Below, piece after piece: positions 59,691 to 64,000 of a stretch of 64,000 nucleotides of DNA; position 1 is the first letter of the stretch, and every line of letters starts with the position of its first letter. The notes under the pieces were generated by a model that was not told the DNA's origin, did not search any database, and saw only the letters and a list, made by a program, of their open reading frames with translations. Origin of the DNA: Thermoanaerobaculia bacterium. GTDB taxonomy: Bacteria; Acidobacteriota; Thermoanaerobaculia; Multivoradales; SZUA-115. A program made the position numbers and the translations under genes. The stretch lies in contig JBIOXV010000005.1 in the NCBI GenBank assembly GCA_044869805.1, positions 64,034 to 128,033 on the forward strand, in the 5' to 3' direction.

Positions 59691-61061
59691 ATGGATCTAC
59701 AGAATGTCGAACCCTTGGTAGGGCCGTCCGCGCAGAGCCAAGGGCGGAGGAACGCGATCTTGATCGAGAAGACCGTGCTCGACAACGGTATCCGGGTCCT
59801 CACCGAGGCGGTCCCGGGCTCGCGCTCGATCTCGATCGGCGTGCTGGTCGACGCCGGACCGGCCGACGAGCAGGGCGGTGCCCGCGGCATCGCCCACCTG
59901 GTGGAGCACCTGCTGTTCCAGGGCACGGCGAGCCGCGACGCCCTGTCGATCGCCCGTCTGATGGACGGCGCCGGCGGGCAGGTCGGGGGCTTCGTCACCC
60001 GCGACTACACCTGTTTCACCGCCCATGTGCTCGACGACTACCGCTACCACGCGCTCGACCTGCTGGGCGACGCGCTGCTCAACTCCACCTTCCCCGAGGC
60101 GGCCGTGGAGCGACAGAAGGAGGCGATCGCCTGCGAGATCGAGGCGCGACGCGACTCCCCGCCCCACTTCGCTGAGGACCTGGTCAAGCAGCTCGCCTGG
60201 AGCGGCCACCCGCTCGGCCGCCCGGTGGCCGGCACCCCGGAGGCGGTGCGCGGCCTGACGCGCGAGGACGCCATCTACTTCGTCGCCCGCCACTACACGC
60301 CGGACCGCATCCTGGTCGCCGCCGCCGGCCACCTCGAGCACGCCGACTTCGTGGCCCAGGCCCGCGACGCCTTTTGGCGCCTGCTGGGCGAGGGCGTGCC
60401 CCGCAGGCGCGAGGCCGCCGGCCACTGCGGCGGCGTGGTGGTGCAGCACGCGCCGATCGCTCAGGCCTACTTCGCGCTCTCGCTTCCGGCCTTCGCCTTC
60501 GCCGCCCCCGAGCGCTACGCGCTGCACGTGCTCGACCGCCTGCTGGGCGGAGGCATCTCCTCGCGGCTCTTCCGGCGGGTGCGGGAGGAGCGCGGGCTGG
60601 TCTACTCGATCGGCAGCTCCTACCAGGCCTACGCCCAGGGCGGCACGCTGCTGGTCGAGGGCTCGACCACGCCCGAGAACCTGCCCGCCGTGCTGCGGCT
60701 CGTCTGCGCCGAGCTGGGCAAGCTGGCGACCGGCGAGGAGCCGGTCGACGACGAGGAGCTGTCGCGCTCCGTCACCTCGCTCATCAACCAGCACCTGATC
60801 GCCGCCGAGAGCTCGGCGGCGCGCATGAGCCGCCTGGCCACCCAGGAGCTCTACCTCGGCCGGCCGCTGCCGGCCGAGGAGATCGTCTACGCCCTGTCCC
60901 AGGTCGATCGCCGGTGCCTGGCGGAGCTCGCCCAGGGCTGGCTCGCGCCGGGCCTCGAGCACGCCGCGCTCGCCGTGGTGGCCGCCGAGGATCGCCTGGA
61001 CGCCGGCGCCGACTCGCTCCGCGTCCTCCTGGCCGAGGGCTGCCCTGCTGCCGTTCTGTAA
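59691..61061 (+). CDS. M16-family (insulinase/pitrilysin-like) zinc peptidase
   Basis: Inverted zinc motif HLVEHLLFQG (HxxEH) and downstream E residues. 456 aa. Confidence 0.8.
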   Translation: MDLQNVEPLVGPSAQSQGRRNAILIEKTVLDNGIRVLTEAVPGSRSISIGVLVDAGPADEQGGARGIAHLVEHLLFQGTASRDALSIARLMDGAGGQVGGFVTRDYTCFTAHVLDDYRYHALDLLGDALLNSTFPEAAVERQKEAIACEIEARRDSPPHFAEDLVKQLAWSGHPLGRPVAGTPEAVRGLTREDAIYFVARHYTPDRILVAAAGHLEHADFVAQARDAFWRLLGEGVPRRREAAGHCGGVVVQHAPIAQAYFALSLPAFAFAAPERYALHVLDRLLGGGISSRLFRRVREERGLVYSIGSSYQAYAQGGTLLVEGSTTPENLPAVLRLVCAELGKLATGEEPVDDEELSRSVTSLINQHLIAAESSAARMSRLATQELYLGRPLPAEEIVYALSQVDRRCLAELAQGWLAPGLEHAALAVVAAEDRLDAGADSLRVLLAEGCPAAVL

Positions 61062-61081
61062 ACCTACGGAGGAAACCGCCA

Positions 61082-61237
61082 TGCCACTGGACCCTGCCAT
61101 CAAGAGGACCTGGATCGAGATCCAGAAGAGCCACAACGTGCCGGTCAACGCCATCGGCGTGCCCATCGACCCCAAGGATCAGATGACCCTGCGGGTGTGG
61201 CGCGAGGAAGGCATCGACAAGTTCATCCGCACCTGAG
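61082..61237 (+). CDS. Small ORF (51 aa), absent from the track, with a strong SD
   Basis: GGAGGA 8 nt upstream of the ATG. Genome-typical GC3-rich codons. MPLDPAIKRTWIEIQKSHNVPVNAIGVPIDPKDQMTLRVWREEGIDKFIRT. No family recognised. Confidence 0.4.
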
Positions 61238-61280
61238 CCGCACGCCGCAGCGGAGGGAGCTCAAGGAGAGAGGCGACAGC

Positions 61281-62312
61281 ATGCTGGCCGTCGATCGACA
61301 ACGGGATCTGCTGAAGAAGGGGATCGCCGCCGCCAAGCAGGGCGACAAGGCGGCGGCGCGAGAGAAGCTGCTGGAGGCGGCCGAGCTCGCGCCGCACCAG
61401 GAGCTGGCCTGGCTTTGGCTCGCCTCGGTGGGGGCCAACCGCGACGAGACCATCTCCTTCCTGGAGAAGGCGCTCGCCATCAACCCCGGCGACGAGCGCA
61501 CCCGGAGCTGGCTCGAGCGGGTGCGCGCCGGGCGCACCCAGAAACGCAAGCACTGGCGCTGCCCGTTCTGCCACGGCGAGTCGCTGGTGGAGGTCGCCAA
61601 GTGCCCGCAGTGCAAGGCGATGGTGCGTCTCGACGACCTCGACGGCCTGCTCGCCAACGCCGAGGCCGACGGCGACATCCTGCGCGCCGCCCTCGACCGG
61701 CTGGAGGCCTTGAGCGGCGACGCGGTCACCTTCGAGGTGCACCTGGCGATCGCCCTGGGCTACCTCAACCTGCGGCGTACCTACGAGGGCCTGACGCGGC
61801 TGCGCGTGGCGCGGCAGCTCAAGCCCGACGATCCCCGGCTCGCCGCGGTGATCGAGGATCTGGCCCGCCGCCAGGAGGCGAGTGCCCGCACCGCCGCCTA
61901 CCTGGCGCGGCCGCCGGCGCCGGGCCGGCCGGGACGCAAAGTGCTGGTGGTCGACGACAGCCCGACCGTGCTCAAGATCGTCGGCGTGGCGCTCGAACGC
62001 CACGGCCACGAGGTGCTGGTGGCTGGCAACGCCCTGCAGGCCCTGGCCAAGCTCGACGAGCTGGTGCCCGACCTCATCCTGCTCGACGTCTCGATGCCGC
62101 ACATGGACGGCTACCAGCTCTGCAAGCTGGTACGCGCCAACCCCAGCACCAGCGCCGTGCCGGTGGTGATGCTGTCGGGCAAGGACGGCTTCCTCGACAA
62201 GGTCCGCGGCCGTCTGGCCGGCGCCACGGACTACATCACCAAGCCGTTCGACCCCGCCCACCTGGTCAGGGCCGTCGAGCTTCACTGCCCGCGGGAGGCG
62301 CATGCCGGTTGA
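61281..62312 (+). CDS. Response regulator with N-terminal TPR-like/zinc-ribbon domain and C-terminal CheY-like receiver
   Basis: AAGGAGAG RBS. Start at MLAVDRQRDLL. CPFCHGESLVEVAKCPQCK zinc ribbon. REC motifs KVLVVDDSP...LILLDVSMP...DYITKPF. Confidence 0.75.
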   Translation: MLAVDRQRDLLKKGIAAAKQGDKAAAREKLLEAAELAPHQELAWLWLASVGANRDETISFLEKALAINPGDERTRSWLERVRAGRTQKRKHWRCPFCHGESLVEVAKCPQCKAMVRLDDLDGLLANAEADGDILRAALDRLEALSGDAVTFEVHLAIALGYLNLRRTYEGLTRLRVARQLKPDDPRLAAVIEDLARRQEASARTAAYLARPPAPGRPGRKVLVVDDSPTVLKIVGVALERHGHEVLVAGNALQALAKLDELVPDLILLDVSMPHMDGYQLCKLVRANPSTSAVPVVMLSGKDGFLDKVRGRLAGATDYITKPFDPAHLVRAVELHCPREAHAG

Positions 62313-63210
62313 CGGGGATCTGAGGGACTTCGAGATCGGGAGCGTCGTGCAGCTGCTGTGCACGGAGGGGCGCTCGGTGGGCTTGGTGGTGCGCCGCCGC
62401 GGCGAGGAGGGGGTGCTCTACCTCGAGGAGGGCGAGATCGTCCACGCCTTGCTCGGCCCGCTCGAGGGCGAGAAGGCGGTGTTCGAGCTCCTGACCTGGC
62501 AGGACGGCACCTTCCGCATCACCGACCGCGTGCGCTCGCCGGGTAGGAGCATCCACACCGGCTGGCGGCACTTGATGCTGGAGGCGGCGCGGCAGATGGA
62601 CGAGAGCCTGCGCGACCGCGCCGATGCCGCGGAGCTCTCTCTGGCAGGTTTCGCCCCCGGGCTCCCGATCGCCAACGACGAGCTCGGCTGGGAGGTCGCC
62701 GAGAGCGACGACGACCTCGAGGGCGAGCTCATGCTGCTGCTGTCGCAGCTCGAGCAGGGCATGGCGCGGCTGAGCTCCGACAAGACCAGGAAGCGGCCCC
62801 TGGCCGCGCTCGAAGGGTTGGCCGACATGCTCAACCAGGCGGTGGCCTTCGCCGAGAGCTCCGCGCACGGGAAGGCGGCGGCGGGGCTCGCCCTGAGCAC
62901 CGCGTTCTCGGCCTCCTCGGTGCTCAAGGGCGCCATCGCCCGCCATCCGATGGCGCGCCTGTTGACCGTGCAGTCGAACCGCCTCTCGGTCGCCAACGCC
63001 GCCAGCTTCTACCGCACCTGGGCCGCCGACGCGGCGGAGCGGGGGCGGGTGTTCCGCGACATCGCCCGCGCCCTGGGCCTGGCTCTCGAGACCTTCCTCG
63101 AGCTCTGTGGCCGTCGCCTGCGCTCGCCCGCCGCCGCGACCGAATGGCGCGAAAGCTACGGCGTCTTCCTCCGTGACCTGGCGGTCGCCATCGACCGCAT
63201 CCCTTTCTGA
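62302..63210 (+). CDS. PATAN/DUF4388 domain protein
   Basis: N-terminal GDLRDFEIGSVVQLLCTEGRSGLV...YLEEGEIVHA matches the DUF4388 (PATAN) core, then an alpha-helical C-terminus. 11-nt overlap with the upstream REC gene. Confidence 0.65.
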   Translation: MPVDGDLRDFEIGSVVQLLCTEGRSVGLVVRRRGEEGVLYLEEGEIVHALLGPLEGEKAVFELLTWQDGTFRITDRVRSPGRSIHTGWRHLMLEAARQMDESLRDRADAAELSLAGFAPGLPIANDELGWEVAESDDDLEGELMLLLSQLEQGMARLSSDKTRKRPLAALEGLADMLNQAVAFAESSAHGKAAAGLALSTAFSASSVLKGAIARHPMARLLTVQSNRLSVANAASFYRTWAADAAERGRVFRDIARALGLALETFLELCGRRLRSPAAATEWRESYGVFLRDLAVAIDRIPF

Positions 63211-63232
63211 TCGGTTCGTGAAGGAGATCTCG

Positions 63233-63598
63233 ATGCCCGGCCAGACGATCCTGCTAGTCGACGACAGCCCCACCGACCTGAAGCTGATGACGCAGGCGCT
63301 CTCGCCACGGGGCTACCACCTGCTGACCGCGGCGGACGGCGAGGAGGCGCTGGAGAAGGCGGCGAGCGTGCGGCCCGACCTCATCTTCCTCGACGTCGTG
63401 CTGCCGAAGAAGAACGGCTTCCAGGTCTGCCGTCAGTTGAAGACCACGCCCGACACCAAGGACATCAAGATCGTGCTGGTGACCAGCAAGACGCAGGACA
63501 GCGACCGCTTCTGGGGTTTGAAGCAGGGCGCCGACGAGTACCTGACCAAGCCGTTCTCCGACGACGAGCTGCGCGCCGCCGCGGCTCGCAACCTGTAG
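63233..63598 (+). CDS. CheY-like single-domain response regulator
   Basis: AAGGAGA RBS. ILLVDDSPTDL, LIFLDVVLP, KIVLVTSK, and EYLTKPF receiver motifs. Confidence 0.85.
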   Translation: MPGQTILLVDDSPTDLKLMTQALSPRGYHLLTAADGEEALEKAASVRPDLIFLDVVLPKKNGFQVCRQLKTTPDTKDIKIVLVTSKTQDSDRFWGLKQGADEYLTKPFSDDELRAAAARNL

Positions 63599-63620
63599 CG
63601 GAGGCCGAGGAGGAAACGCC

Positions 63621-64000
63621 ATGGACGAGCACGGCACCGGCGAGGACGGCGGCCAGGCCGACGCGCTGGCGGCGCTTCTCGGGGCGCTCGACTCCGAGGT
63701 CGCGAGCCATCCCGAGCCGCCTCGCCGGCGAACGCCCGCAACGGCGACCGGCTCGCCGGCGCCCCCGGGGGCCGAGCCGGTGCGCGAGGCTCTCGAGGAG
63801 GCCGGCACTGAGCGCTACATCGTCTTCTCTCTCGGCCGCGCCCGCTACGCGGTGCCGATCGGCGCCGTGATCGAGGTCGGCGCCGTGCCGCCCGTCACCC
63901 CGGTGCCCCACCTGCCGGCCTGGGTGCTGGGCGTCACCAACCTGCGCGGCGAGATCCTGTCGGTGGTGGACCTCGCCGGCTTCCTCGGCGCCAGCCCCGA
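63621..64000 (+). CDS. CheW-like domain protein (5' partial; runs off the window)
   Basis: GAGGAGGA RBS. RYIVFSLGRARYAVPIGAVIEV...LPAWVLGVTNLRGEILSVVDLAGFLG is a CheW-like fold. Confidence 0.7.
   Translation, partial: MDEHGTGEDGGQADALAALLGALDSEVASHPEPPRRRTPATATGSPAPPGAEPVREALEEAGTERYIVFSLGRARYAVPIGAVIEVGAVPPVTPVPHLPAWVLGVTNLRGEILSVVDLAGFLGASP

Overview
High-GC (about 70%) bacterial chromosomal segment. The gene content looks Acidobacteriota-like: tandem VWFA-related secreted proteins, a CarboxypepD_reg-type TonB-dependent receptor, and a TPR/CRTAC1/TPR cassette. I can support about 60 protein genes. Most long ORFs in the track that lie antisense to these genes are GC-rich artefacts.

No rRNA, tRNA, CRISPR array, transposase or integrase is recognisable.

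Main content:
- Housekeeping genes: rlmI, ettA, lepA, hemW, M16 peptidase, dienelactone hydrolase.
- A conserved six-gene MoxR/DUF58 operon with 1-4 nt gene overlaps (20.0-26.7 kb).
- Three VapBC toxin-antitoxin pairs.
- Two ABC-2 exporters, one of them reduced to an ATPase-permease fusion remnant.
- A compositionally atypical islet (27.7-30.6 kb) with a GC-chimeric gene and a secreted metzincin operon.
- A His-kinase / NtrC-type activator / sigma-54 promoter / REC-DUF4097 circuit (56.4-59.5 kb).
- The start of a type-IV-pilus-like chemosensory cluster (TPR-REC, PATAN/DUF4388, CheY, CheW) at the 3' end.
- Several candidate operators, promoters and terminators read directly from the sequence.
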